Positions 41,072 to 52,807 are shown, counted from the first letter of the whole stretch. The stretch is 63,842 nt of DNA, filler included, from Phoronis australis (GCA_002633005.1; 8 parts of 8 records of this genome joined end to end with filler, not necessarily neighbours in it), one strand, 5' to 3'. Numbers and translations are program-made. The notes: generated by a model not told the origin, from the sequence alone.

Positions 41072-41141
41072 CATGGGCGGCGCACCATAGGGAGCTGGGG
41101 GCTACAGCCCCCCCGAGTTTTTCAGTGCTGTGCCGCCCATG
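41072..41141. mobile_element. 70-bp micro-MITE, TIR CATGGGCGGC, 5-bp TSD AACAT
   Basis: AACAT|CATGGGCGGCGCAC...TGTGCCGCCCATG|AACAT. Confidence 0.8.
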
Positions 41142-41769
41142 AACATTGCGTCTAGAAACCTAAATTGTTGTTTGTTAATGGACTTAAAATAACAATTAGT
41201 TAAATTCGTGTTCTAAGCGAAAAAAGTGTAATATTATAAACAGCATGCATCGCTAGATTAAGTAAAATAAATATGGGTTCTTGACATTTGTCCGAATTCA
41301 TATTCAACGACTATTTTCTTTTCCAGACATAGAAAACAATCACTTCAAACAAAAGATGCCGTATTTAGGTTTGTTTTCCACAAACAAACCAAGACCTTAT
41401 TTTGGCCAATGAAGGAGCTGAACATTAACGGAAGTCTGCGAACGACGTATGATGATAACGTGTTAAAAATGATGTTCGTATTATATTTCGAAATAAATAT
41501 AGGATGGGAAAACAGAATGTCAATGCATGTTTTTAATTCAAAGTTCAAAGGAACCCATTCGTCGGCAATATTAGGAAATTAGGACTGTTGGGGAGTTGAC
41601 TAAGGTGCGTCGGAAATTTTGAAATATATCTCATACAAACACCTACTTAACTGCTTAACTTTCTCTGTTTAGACTGTGTTTGTGTCTTCAAACAATGGCC
41701 ATCCTGTCAAGTGGGCAAAGACATCTGGTTGGTTTATAAAATCTCAAAAAATATTCACAAATTAACATG

Positions 41770-41955
41770 TTACACTCCCTTGTTCATAGTACGACCAATA
41801 TTACACTCTCTTGTTCATAGGTACGACCAATATTACACTCTCTTGTTCATAGGTACGACCAATATTACACTCTCTTGTTCATAGGTACGACCAATATTAC
41901 ACTCTCTTGTTCATAGGTACGACCAATGTTACACTCTCTTGTTCACAGTACGACA
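41770..41955. repeat. 32-bp minisatellite (TTACACTCTCTTGTTCATAGGTACGACCAATA), ~6 units
   Basis: Units begin at 41801, 41833 and onward. Confidence 0.93.
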
Positions 41956-43413
41956 AACGCCCAAACCTCAAACGTCCAAACCTGATTATGATTACTCAGA
42001 CACGATTTCTTAGTAAAGACCTTTTCGACATGTACTTGGTCAGATATCTTCAAAACTTGATTTAACACACAAAAGTATACATATTCTGAAAGTTAAAAGT
42101 CTGTGTAGTAATTTGAAATTCATTGGGTCACGTGAATACGTGTTTTTAATAAAATTTAGGAAAAAAAGAAACAACAGTATCGAGAACCTGGGAAATTTTG
42201 TTTAATATAAACGTTCAAGATAAAACCTCAAAAACGCTGTTACGGTTTTCTAAATTATAATTTCGCTTTCGTTTTGTGCAAATTTTATCTTTTTTATAAA
42301 AATCCCAAAAGTACCATTTTATAGGCCCTCTTGCAAAAACGGAAAATTTTGAAAACAATTCTTCCAGAGGTTTGCGTATCAGTACATAAGGAATCGCAGT
42401 AGTTTCAAATGAATCCGATCATTGTTTTCTGAGATATGATGCTCCGAGTGCTACAAGTTACCATGAACGTTCTTTTCGCGTGAACCACTTCCTCAGGAAT
42501 ACTCTTACAGCCCCAGCCTACGAGACACAGTACACTTGCTTACTGAGATGTAATGTTCATCGAAGCCGGTAGTTGGGTTCTCACAATGTCATTTAATGAT
42601 TTTTTCGTTAGAAATCGCCCATTTTGCTTGGACAGAGTTAGAATAGACCTAAAGAGCTACGAAATGCGAGAACGTGGTTTTCTGAGATCAGCTCCGGCGG
42701 TTACAATCAAACGCTCTACCAGCGGAGTTAACTCCCACTCAACAAATGGCAGCGTTCAGATTGCCGAGTCACCGGCTTTGAGTGCAGCGAATGACTGACA
42801 AACAACAGCCAGAATTGGTGATTTGTAATGAAAACACGAAAGCAAAGGATTTTACTATTTGACAGCTGTGGTCAAAGTCAATTACTTCAAAAAGTCTATA
42901 CTATTCAAGGCAGTAGTCGGATATAACGTGCCCACAATTTGAGAACCAATACATAAAGGAACAAGAGGTTTGCAACAAAAGTTGTTCTTGGTAGGAAACA
43001 CGGGTATACCGTATTGCACGTTTACACATGTATTTGCATGCTTCTAACAATGCTAATGTATAGCAGGAACTAACCGACAATGCTGTTTGAACATCATCTA
43101 CGCTAAACAAAGTGTAGTTGTATACACTGACAACTTGTATATGTGAAAACAAAAAATTCTGGAAATAGGTGACGAGAAAAGAAATACCATCCCCGTTTAG
43201 AATGAAGTGAGGTTCATGTCCTAGGCTAGACATTACAAAACAGTTGTGGTAATGCAGAATTCACATTCATAATTTAAGAGGTAGTTGTCAAGGTCGTGAA
43301 ATTTTAAAAGAACAAATATTTTATAAGTCAAAGCATCCAACCTTGGCGACAGTCCTGGAGTTGCTCATCACTACAAGCAGAAAGACATAAACAGTAGATT
43401 GAGCATAATTCAG

Positions 43414-43567
43414 CAGTGGCGGATTTAGAGGGGGGCCAAGGGGGCCATGGCCCCCCCTAAAATTCTCCCAGATTCCATTTGGCAGTACGGAGGTGTGAAT
43501 GTCGGGCAAAATCTTGGCTAATAATCTGCCCTGGCCCCCCCAACTAAAAATCCTGGATCCGCCCCTG
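43414..43567. mobile_element. MITE with CAGTGGCGGAT...ATCCGCCCCTG termini
   Basis: Imperfect TIRs and G-rich/C-rich interior; related ends at ~4370-4407, ~35739-36453 and 59756-59769. Confidence 0.65.
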
Positions 43568-44614
43568 TTCACTGCGTGTTGATTACTGTAACTCTGGTCA
43601 AAATTATATTTTTGGTGTTAAACCTTGGGAGTGTAAAGTTAAGGAGTGAATTGTTTGTGCGAGAACATGCGATAACCCCTTTAGTACTTCGCATGACGGA
43701 TGAAATGACCCTTTTCTTTATTCTGAATTTTTTGACACATTGATCACTTTTTCTGCATGCTCCCACCAGCCTTGCGATCGCTCCCTTTTCAACAAAAATG
43801 GCTGCATTGGCAATCCAGTCGTTATGGTTAACTGTATTTTCTATTCCTCCTGCGCGTTTACCATTGCGTCCAAAATATAACCACCGCATGTTACATGTGG
43901 CATCACTTTATGGAGACTGACTCGCCACGTCAGCGAGTCATGATTGGCTGGCCAACAACTTTGACAGGCGATCAAAGGTCCATTTACGATGTCGATCAAA
44001 TGAAATACAAATTTCAACATTCAAGTTTTTGCTGAATAACCTCAAACTTTCGTACAAAAATACATTTAGCACTCTTTCAGTATGGAAATCGACGTTTGTT
44101 TAGTTGGTGAATTGTGAGCTGGCAAATCAAGCCACAGGCAATGCGTAATTCAGCCATTTCTGAATCTGCAATTTTAGGGTTGGCTAACCCCAATAAGCTC
44201 TGAAGTTGATTGTTTCGACGCTCTTGTTGGTAACGGAAATAGAATCCTGTTACGGTAACGAATATCACGAGACTACATTTTATAAGGGTAAAAAAGACTC
44301 TTTCGAATTTGTTTTAGCACAGAGCAAAATACAGCTTTAAGATGTGTAATGTTGTCCAGTTTTTAATGGCACGTTTGTTTGGAACATTGCACATGGATTG
44401 AGCAGTATTCTTACACTATATAGCTAGTGCTAAAATGGTGGCATAGGTCCGGCGAAACATTGGTTTCCTATTCAGTCAAATGCTCATACAACGATTATCT
44501 CAAAGCAAAAGCAAAATGTGTGTAATATTCACTCTTGAGACAGAAAGCAAACGAGAAGTGTGTCCACTGGGATACACAAGCTGTTGATCGAATTGGACGA
44601 ATTTAGGAATTTGC

Positions 44615-44774
44615 ACACCTCTTATCAGGGGCCCACGCTTGTTCCAATTACAATAAGTTACACACCGCTAATCAAGGCCCCACGCTTGTTCAAAATACAA
44701 TAATTTACATATCTCTTATCAGGGCCCCACGCTTGTTCCAATTACAATAATTTACACACCGCTAATCAGGAGCC
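44615..44774. repeat. 47-bp tandem repeat, ~3.4 units
   Basis: CACGCTTGTT at 44634, 44681 and 44728. Confidence 0.85.
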
Positions 44775-44874
44775 NNNNNNNNNNNNNNNNNNNNNNNNNN
44801 NNNNNNNNNNNNNNNNNNTTAATTAATTAANNNNNNNNNNNNNNNNNNNNNNNNNNNNNNNNNNNNNNNNNNNN

Positions 44875-46433
44875 TGGATGGCAGTGGAGGCCAGTGGAGG
44901 CTAGTGGAGTCCATCGGATGGCAGTGGAGGCCAGTGGAGGACAGTGGAGGCCAGTGGAGGCTAGTGGAGGCCAGTGGAGGCAGTGGAGGCCAGTGGACGC
45001 CAGTGGAGGCCTGTGAAGGCCAGAAGAGGCCAGTGGAGGCCAGTGGAGGCCAGTGGAGATCAGTAAAGTCCAGTGGAGGCCCATGAAGACCAGTGGAGCC
45101 CAGTGGAGCTCAGTGGAGGCCAGTGGAGGCCAGTTGAGGCCACTGGATCCCAGTGGATGGCAGTGGAGGCCCTTGGAGGCCAGTGGAGGCCAGTGGAGGA
45201 CACCGGAAGTGAGCGGAAGACAATGGAGCCCAGTGGAGGCCAGTGGAGGCTTGTGGAGGACAGGGGAGGCCAGTGAAAGCCACTGGAGGTAAGTTTAGGC
45301 CAACAGAGGCCAATGGAGGTCAGCGGAGGCCCGTACTGGCCTGTGGAGTCTAGTGGAGGCCAGTGGAGGACAGTGGAGGCCAGTTGAGGCCAGCGGAGTC
45401 CAGAGGAAGCCAGCGGAAGACCATGGAGGAAAGTGGAGGCCAATGGAGGCCAGTGGAGGCCTATGGAGGCCCGTGGAGGCCCGTGGAGGAAATAGAGGCC
45501 AGTAGAGGCCAGTGGAGTCCCATGGAGGCTAGTGGAGGCCAGTGGAGGCCAGTGGAGTTCAGTGGAAGCCAGTGTAGGCCAGTGGAGGCTAGTGGAGGCC
45601 AGTGGAGGCCAGCGTACGCCAGTGGAGGCCTGTGAAGGCCAGTTGAGGCCAGAAGAGGCCAGTAGAGGCCAGTGGAGTTCAGTAAAGTCCAGTGCAGGCC
45701 CATGAACGCCAGTGGAGTCCAGTGGAGCTCAGTGGAGGGCAGTGGATGCCAGTGGATGGCAGTGGAGGCCCTTGGAGGCCAGTGGAGTCCAGTGGAGGCC
45801 AGTGGAGGACACCGGAAGTGAGCAGAAGACAATGGAGCCCAGTGGAGGCCAGTGGAGGCTGGTGGAGGACAGGGGAGGCCAGTGAAAGCCATTGGAGGTA
45901 AGTGTAGGCCAACAGAGGCCAATGGAGGTCAGAGGAGGCCCGTACTGGCCTGTGGAGTCTAGTGGATACCAGTGGAGGCCAGCGGAGGCCAGAGGAAGCC
46001 AGCGGAGGACCATGGAGGCCAGTGGAGCCCAGTGGAGGCCAGCAGTGGCCAGTTGGGGCCAGTGGAGGCCATTGGTGGCCAGTGGAGGCCAGTGGAGGAC
46101 AGTGGAGGAAAGTGGACGCCAGTGGAGGCCTGTGGGGGCCTGTGGTGGCCAGTGGAGGCCTGTGGAGGCCAGTGGAGACCGGTGGAGGCCGGGGGAGTCC
46201 GGTGGAAGCCGGAGGAGGCCGGTGGAGACCAGTGGAGGCCTGTGGAGGACAGTGGAGGCCAGTGGAGGCCGGAGGAGGCCAGTGGAGGCCAGAGGAGGCC
46301 AGTGGAGGCCTGTGGAGGCCTGTGGCGGCCAGTGCAGGCCAGTGGAGGCCAGTGGAGGCTAGTGGAGTCCATTGGATGGCAGTGGAGGCCAGTGGAGGAC
46401 ATGGAGGCCAGTGGAGGCTAGCGGAGGCAGTGG
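44875..46433. repeat. 10-bp GGCCAGTGGA minisatellite with ~610-bp higher-order duplication
   Basis: Whole segment is built from GGCCAGTGGA variants; the unique variant CACCGGAAGTGAGC(G/A)GAAGACAATGGAGCCC occurs at 45201 and 45810. Confidence 0.95.
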
Positions 46434-47302
46434 NNNNNNNNNNNNNNNNNNNNNNNNNNNNNNNNNNNNNNNNNNNNTTAATTAATTAANNNNNNNNNNN
46501 NNNNNNNNNNNNNNNNNNNNNNNNNNNNNNNNNTGGGAATTGTGGTCGCTAAGGAGAAGTAAGGCATTCTTAACCTTGGTCATTATTGATTTGAGCGATG
46601 AATAACATTACACATTTCAGACAAAAATAGTTGTCACACTTTATGCAAATTTCCAAAATATCCTGTGTTGTAGCGACTGTGATACTTCACTTGTTTAGCA
46701 CACAATATGGCCGACAAGCGAATTTCCATTTTGTTGAATTTCTCTACGAAAGTAAAGGTTAGGACATTTTAGTGCGTTACAAGCGTGATTTGTAGTGCGT
46801 AGATGTCACGTTTGCTGTTATTTGCAAAAAGTTAATCAGCCTTTGAAAAATAGAAAATGACCGTTTTGGAAATTATTTTTGTGCCTAATAATTGGAGAAT
46901 TACAGTAATGCAAAAGATGTGTGGGTTAACTTTTCATTCCATAGACTCCAAGATATTAACTTGCTCTCGCAACCAAAACATCTTGGATTGTTCACTTGTG
47001 GAGTAGAAACGATGAATTCAGTGCCACAAGATTGCTGTTTTGCAAGAATGGGCTAGTAAAGTTCTCAAAACTTTGTCTTCCGCTCGCTTGATTTTACGAG
47101 GTCTTGCTAGGTATTGATTTTCTCGCAGAACACTGTCTTGATATCGCTCTGAAGACAAAACCAGTAAGAGCTTCGTGCTTTTCCTACTAGATGGAGCTGT
47201 AGTGTTAGTCAAAAGTGAATTCTACTTCATAGCGGAGTCATGAGAGATGTCAGTATTCATTAGGCATGATACTGTACACGCAATGAATTATTAATGTTTT
47301 AG

Positions 47303-47668
47303 ACCTGATTTGGAAGAAGAGCGCCAAGCTCTGATTGTCACCAGCGCTGCCAACCGCAAACAGCTCAAAGAGATTGAGGACAAAATTCTTTACACACTCT
47401 CCTCATCTGAAGGTAACATTCTTGAAGATGAGTCAGCCATCTTAGTTCTCGACTCATCAAAGATTCTCTCCGACGACATCTCCAAGAAACAGAAAGTTGC
47501 CGAGGAAACGGAAAAGAAGATTGAGGCATCGCGTATGGGCTATCGACCGATCGCCAAACACTCGTCCAATCTCTTTTTTTCGATTGCTGACCTGCCAAAT
47601 GTTGACCCCATGTATCAGTATTCGCTGACGTGGTTTGTCAACTTGTACTTGAACTCCATTCATGACAG
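47303..47668 (+). CDS. DNAH12: Axonemal dynein heavy chain exon (strut/buttress and AAA5 small domain), DNAH12-like
   Basis: PDLEEERQALI...LSSSEGNILEDESAI...GYRPIAKHSSxLFFSIADL..DPMYQYSLTWFVNLY.NSIHD; AG/GT bounded, phase 2-2. Family is certain; the DNAH12 paralog call rests on recalled NSIHD-SNKSKILEKR similarity. Confidence 0.88.
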
Positions 47669-48034
47669 GTAGGTCTGTTGCATCTGAGTGGTGTTCTTAA
47701 TTTTTACCTTGAAAACGGATTCTTTGTAATAGATTTTTATGACTGCGTGCTCTTCCAATTGGATATTATAATGAATTTGTATTTTGCCATCCATGATTGA
47801 CATTTTCGGTTTGTTAAGTTTTTTGATGGAGTCATTTTAAAATTTTCACGGCATGTTAGATTTCCATTTTTGTGAATTTTGGATAAAGGATGCCTCATTT
47901 AACTTTATTATTTGTTACTTCATCTTAGTTTAAAATAGAAGGTTGATAAGTCTTTTGCATTCATTGAACTTGTTTGTTTACTTTTAATTATTTTGTTTTT
48001 TATTTCTTAACAGTTGAATGGTGCTTATGATGAC

Positions 48035-48062
48035 GTCACTGCAGATTGTGATGTCCATGACA
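48035..48062 (+). promoter_or_regulatory. Candidate intronic RNA docking element (GTCACTGCAGATTGTGATGTCCATGACA)
   Basis: Can form ~23 bp (8+7+3+5, one G-U) with 49480-49509; also pairs partly with 48961-48979. Confidence 0.5.
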
Positions 48063-48482
48063 ATTAAGTTCGATCGTCTGTCATTGTGTATATTGTCTGC
48101 TCCTTTTATCTAACATTTCTCAAAGTTATACTGAGTGCTGTTTGGTAATATAGCTATTACCTTAGGACATCCTGTTTCACACAATAATGAGTGCCTGTTG
48201 TTTCAATTTGATTTTTCAATTTGTCACTAAAAACCGATTTGTGATATAAGGCAAGTTGTCACTTCGTGTTTTTTATGGTTACATTGTGTACGGGCCTCAG
48301 AGGTGTTGTATTTGGCTGAAGGCACCATTTTGTTCTCTTGTCGTATCGTACTTTGAAATTGGCCTTTTGACCCATTGAAGCAGCGCTCAATACAACTTTG
48401 CCGAAGTTGTCTCATGTCTTCATTAAGCAACCAAGCCAGTGTCATGCAGGGGATTTTCAAAGTTGAATTTCAAAAATTACAG

Positions 48483-48623
48483 CAATAAATCCAAGATCCT
48501 CGACCGTCGTATCCGTTACTTGAAGGACCACTTTCAGTACAACTTGTACGAGAACGTCTGCCGTTCTCTCTTCGCTGTTCACAAGCTGGTCTTCTCATTC
48601 ATTCTGTGCGCCAACCTCGAGAT
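48483..48623 (+). CDS. DNAH12: Dynein alternative exon variant A ([47 protein letters not shown])
   Basis: 141 nt, phase 2-2, AG/GTAAGT; continues the frame of the upstream exon. Confidence 0.88.
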
Positions 48624-49479
48624 GTAAGTGGCGCCACCTGCCGCCATTGCGTGTGTGTGTGCCACTAATGCCACCTATTGTGTGTCTTTGAAATCACATT
48701 GACTGGATCATGGTAAATGTGGCAAGCTTAATAAAAGACATTCATAATTATCAAACGAGTGATTTCAAGTTTTTGGACGCAAAATAAAGTTCACGGAGCA
48801 GTTTACCCACATTTTACCATAGTCTTAGTTAATAATATAGTAACCTGATATTTATTCAGTTTCAGTTTCTTGGAGATGGTGTGTTTATTAATTTGTGTGT
48901 TTGTGTTGACATGTTTGTATTAACCACAGCCGTCCTATTTGTTGCTGGGCTGGTTTTCTCTGTTATGGCATGCAGTGACAGCTCCTGCTGCCATCTGGTT
49001 TTCACAAATGTTATTTTTTGTTTTGCTTTGCTTTTTTCATGATGTGAATTCAAACAGAGAAAATAAATCCAGTGACAAAACCCAACTTCATTATGTATTT
49101 CTATATTGTTTCTTCCCCACAGCACAAGCGGCCATCTCTGCTGTATTGATCTGCCACCTGGTGTGTGGATATCTATTAAAACACTGGCGATTAGGGAATA
49201 AATAGTATTTTGTGGTCACTGTTTTAATCTTCTTTTGTCTTCCTATGAATGATTTGGCTTTCTGAGATGGTGACTTTTTGGTCACCCACGTTTTTGTGAA
49301 AACAACAAAGGAAAAGTTTAAATAGGCGTTAGGAATGAACAATCGTTCAAACTCAACTGTTCTTTTTCTAAATTGGCTTTCATTCTGCTAAATCATGAAA
49401 AAAAACGTTAAGGCAACGCACTTCGTTATTTGCGGCTATATTTTCGTTAGTGGCCTTGCTGTTTTGATTGGTAAATACA

Positions 49480-49509
49480 TGTCAGGTGACTTTACAATGC
49501 AGCAGTGAC
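49480..49509 (+). promoter_or_regulatory. Candidate selector element ~92 nt upstream of variant B
   Basis: TGTCAGGTGACTTTACAATGCAGCAGTGAC is complementary to 48035-48062. Confidence 0.5.
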
Positions 49510-49601
49510 CGATTATTATGGTGGTGGTCTGAAGGTTTTGGCTATCCTTTTGCTTCTTAATTTTCACACTTACGTTGACGTTTTCGTGTGCCTCTTTCTA
49601 G

Positions 49602-49742
49602 TAACAAATCCAAGATATTGGAGAAACGTGTCCGCTATCTTACCGAGCATTTCACACTGAGTCTCTACGACAACACGTGTCGCTCATTGTTTGCACTGCA
49701 CAAGTTGTTGTTGTCTTTTTATCTCGCCGTTACCGTGGCCAC
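49602..49742 (+). CDS. DNAH12: Dynein alternative exon variant B (SNKSKILEKRVRYLTEHFTLSLYDNTCRSLFALHKLLLSFYLAVTVA); not in the ORF track
   Basis: 141 nt, phase 2-2, ctctttctag acceptor, GTAAGT donor; homologous to variant A with no stops. Confidence 0.88.
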
Positions 49743-51095
49743 GTAAGTCATGTGACCTGGTCCCGAGACCACCGTACTTTACTCAAGACTAGACTTGAGA
49801 ACTAGTTAATCCTAGATTGAACTCTCCTCTTTCGCAGAGGTAGCAAAATGTATTATATATGACTGACTTTTCAAAAGCTCAGGCACTCCTGAGTGTATTA
49901 ACAGGGGAAGACGATACATTGCACACGTCCAGTGTTGATATTTGCCCTTTTTGCCTTTTTTGTGTCAATATTGCAACGCAAAATACAATAATACAATTTG
50001 CCTGCATCACAATGATGATTTATATATTATGGTTATGATATGAGAAGTACATTAATTTTGCATATGAAGAAGCTAGATAAGTGGTTGACACACGCGTTGC
50101 ATTGTGGGTAAATACCTTAGACTGAGATTGGTGCTGTGCTATCTCAGGACAGGCCAGTCGACTGACCAGGTGGTACTCTTTAAGTAAACTTTGAAATTTC
50201 TCGGGATACAATTTGTCAGTTTAGAGGATTGGGAAAAGTTTGGTGGTCTCGGATCCAGGTCTTGAAGAGCATTCATCAGGATGGTGAAGAGGTTGATTTA
50301 TAGTCGGTGATTTTGATTTTTCGATCCTATATCATAAATTATTCAAATGATTTAGAAGCTTTTGAGTTGCCTTTTCCTGTAAAAACATCTAAAAGCCAAA
50401 AATTAAGGTAAATTTTGCGTTGTGCAGCACAGTTGATTTTGTTTTTTGCTGAATTTGCTTGGCAGCGCTTGACTTTGCTAATTATTTTTTGTTTTTTATT
50501 ATTAAAGAACAACTGATACAGTTAGCAAATAATCAGACATACGAATTCCTTATAAGTTATATGCTCCACTCACCTGCCATAATTGATTTGGCTTTCACGA
50601 AATAAATCATGAGAATCTTTTTGCAATGATATTGACTATGATATGTGGCTATGACCAAAATCGGTAATCCGGTTTGTTGCTAAATGTTTCTCATCAAACT
50701 CAGTGAAGAAAATTTACAAATTCTTCCAATTACACATTTGTGACATTTTAAACTTGTCGCATTTGTTTGGCAAAGTTTTGAATTTTTTCCATGCAGAGTT
50801 CACTTGCGTTTGATACACAATTTTTTCAGTCTTTTTTCTGGAGACACAGGTTAAACTTTTCCATGATTATTGCTTTTCTGCTATTTTATCCGCCTAACTG
50901 CTTTAGGGGATTAAAATATTTTAAAGAATTTAATTCAGTTGAAATTGATGTTACTTCAACCTATTCTTAATCAGGGCTCGTGGGGACCTCCAGCGNNNNN
51001 NNNNNNNNNNNNNNNNNNNNNNNNNNNNNNNNNNNNNNNTTAATTAATTAANNNNNNNNNNNNNNNNNNNNNNNNNNNNNNNNNNNNNNNNNNNN

Positions 51096-51838
51096 CCCCT
51101 GAAGGCACTGACAGTGTCGCAGCCAGTGAACACATGCATTCCAAGCAGGGATTTATATTTGCTCTGGCCAACGTGACGTGCGATTTCACTGAGGTTGACT
51201 GTCGGTGCGTTTGGACCCACTCCAGTGGACATCAGTAGGTGGCAATCGATGTCAGCAGCATAGGCAATGCTGAGTACCATGACGTCAGGATCTGGGCATC
51301 TAAGAACAACTTTACTATGTGTCTGCGATGCATGTTTTGCATGCAGCATCATCATTGTGTCAGCCTCCTCGTGGTCACGTTGAAGTTCCTGCACTTCGTC
51401 CACTTTTTGGTGTCATGATGCCTGTGGATTACGTGGCACTCACTTTCATGGGATACAACCAGCTTTACCTTGCCGTTGCAAGTAGCCGACTGCCACTGCT
51501 CAAACAAAAACTCGAGAACGATTTCCTTGTTATTTCCATTCGTAAGAACTTCTTGTATTGCTTCGGCATTTTCTGGTCAGGGCGAGTAATGCGCATTGTA
51601 TACGAACCTGCTACACATCTCCTATTACGTTCACAGTTTTTAATACTGACATCTTGGTACCTATCTGCCACAAAGTCTACCCGTTTACTGTTGTGCAGTG
51701 AAGCGATAGACAACAGCCGCTGTAGACATTCGTGAGCAAAAGAACCAAAAGTATCAGCAGATACTTGCATGCTGTGCAGAAATGCCATTCCATCAACGAT
51801 CAATGCACTCTCAGCTGTAGGTACAGCACACATCACGA
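51096..51838 (-). pseudogene. Frameshifted FEN1/XPG (PIN-like 5' nuclease fold) ORF, probably transposon-borne
   Basis: Ordered motifs IVDGMA, FVADRY, HEEADT, PDPDV and TGCDTVSAF across ORFs 51465-51917 and 51044-51403. Confidence 0.6.
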
Positions 51839-51839
51839 A

Positions 51840-52000
51840 TTTTTGGCCGACCGGTCGGAAATTGGTCGACGACCGGCCGTCGACCGGTCGTCTAGCCGAC
51901 CAGCAGACGACCAACAACGGTCGGCTAGGAGCCGTCTACTGAGTCGCCTCTGTGTTCGGCACTTGGGTCGGCTAAGTGGTCGCCTAGCGTAGACGACCAA
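51840..52000. repeat. CGACC/GGTCG-rich palindromic tract (probable transposon subterminal region)
   Basis: Dense direct and inverted CGACC motifs; abruptly replaces the 5' part of the nuclease ORF. Confidence 0.55.
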
Positions 52001-52807
52001 TTCGGATTAAGCGTGTCCTTGGTTGGCAATTACCATTTTATGACTTAACGGGTGAACTTTGGCCAAACAAATATTTTACTGTTCGCTGTTCGTTCACCAC
52101 TGGCAACTGAGGTCTTGACATCGGTTTATAAACTTTTGTTCAACTATTGAAAGGAAATATAATCGAATCAACCTACAAATACGAAGTGCTTGACATTACA
52201 CCAGCCTAAAACTTTATGTTGAATTAATGACGGCGTGGTAAAATCAAACGTTAAGTGATATCGCGGAAGCATAATTTCTAAATTTAGATATGAGACTTTT
52301 TATACAGTACATTTTGCACAAAAACAAGCCCGAAATTTGAAATTTACAGTAAAATTGCATAACAATCAGAATACAACACTCAATACACGACATCAAGTCG
52401 TTTCATGCAGCGGAATGCTCAACAAGCATCACGCATTTGCGCTCATCTGTTATTGCTCTTGATGATCACTTCATCACGCTGTATATTGCGATTTACCACA
52501 GATTATTATTGCTTATTTCTGTATAATTTCTTAATATGTTGGTACAGCAATAGAACCCAATTTTATTTTAGAAACAACATAAACTATGGTTTGAACATAG
52601 CGCCGATATTAAATCATGGGCGCATGAAAACGGAAGACTGATCGGTTTATATTGTAATCCATCATCCATCATCATTCAGAAATTGTTGTCACTTTCGCAG
52701 TAAAACANNNNNNNNNNNNNNNNNNNNNNNNNNNNNNNNNNNNNNNNNNNNTTAATTAATTAANNNNNNNNNNNNNNNNNNNNNNNNNNNNNNNNNNNNN
52801 NNNNNNN

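Noticed and set aside
44827-46489. Many overlapping repetitive ORFs (VEASGGQWRP / PPLASTGLHW)
   Set aside because: The 10-bp period is not a multiple of 3 and ORFs occur in all frames on both strands; no coding signature.
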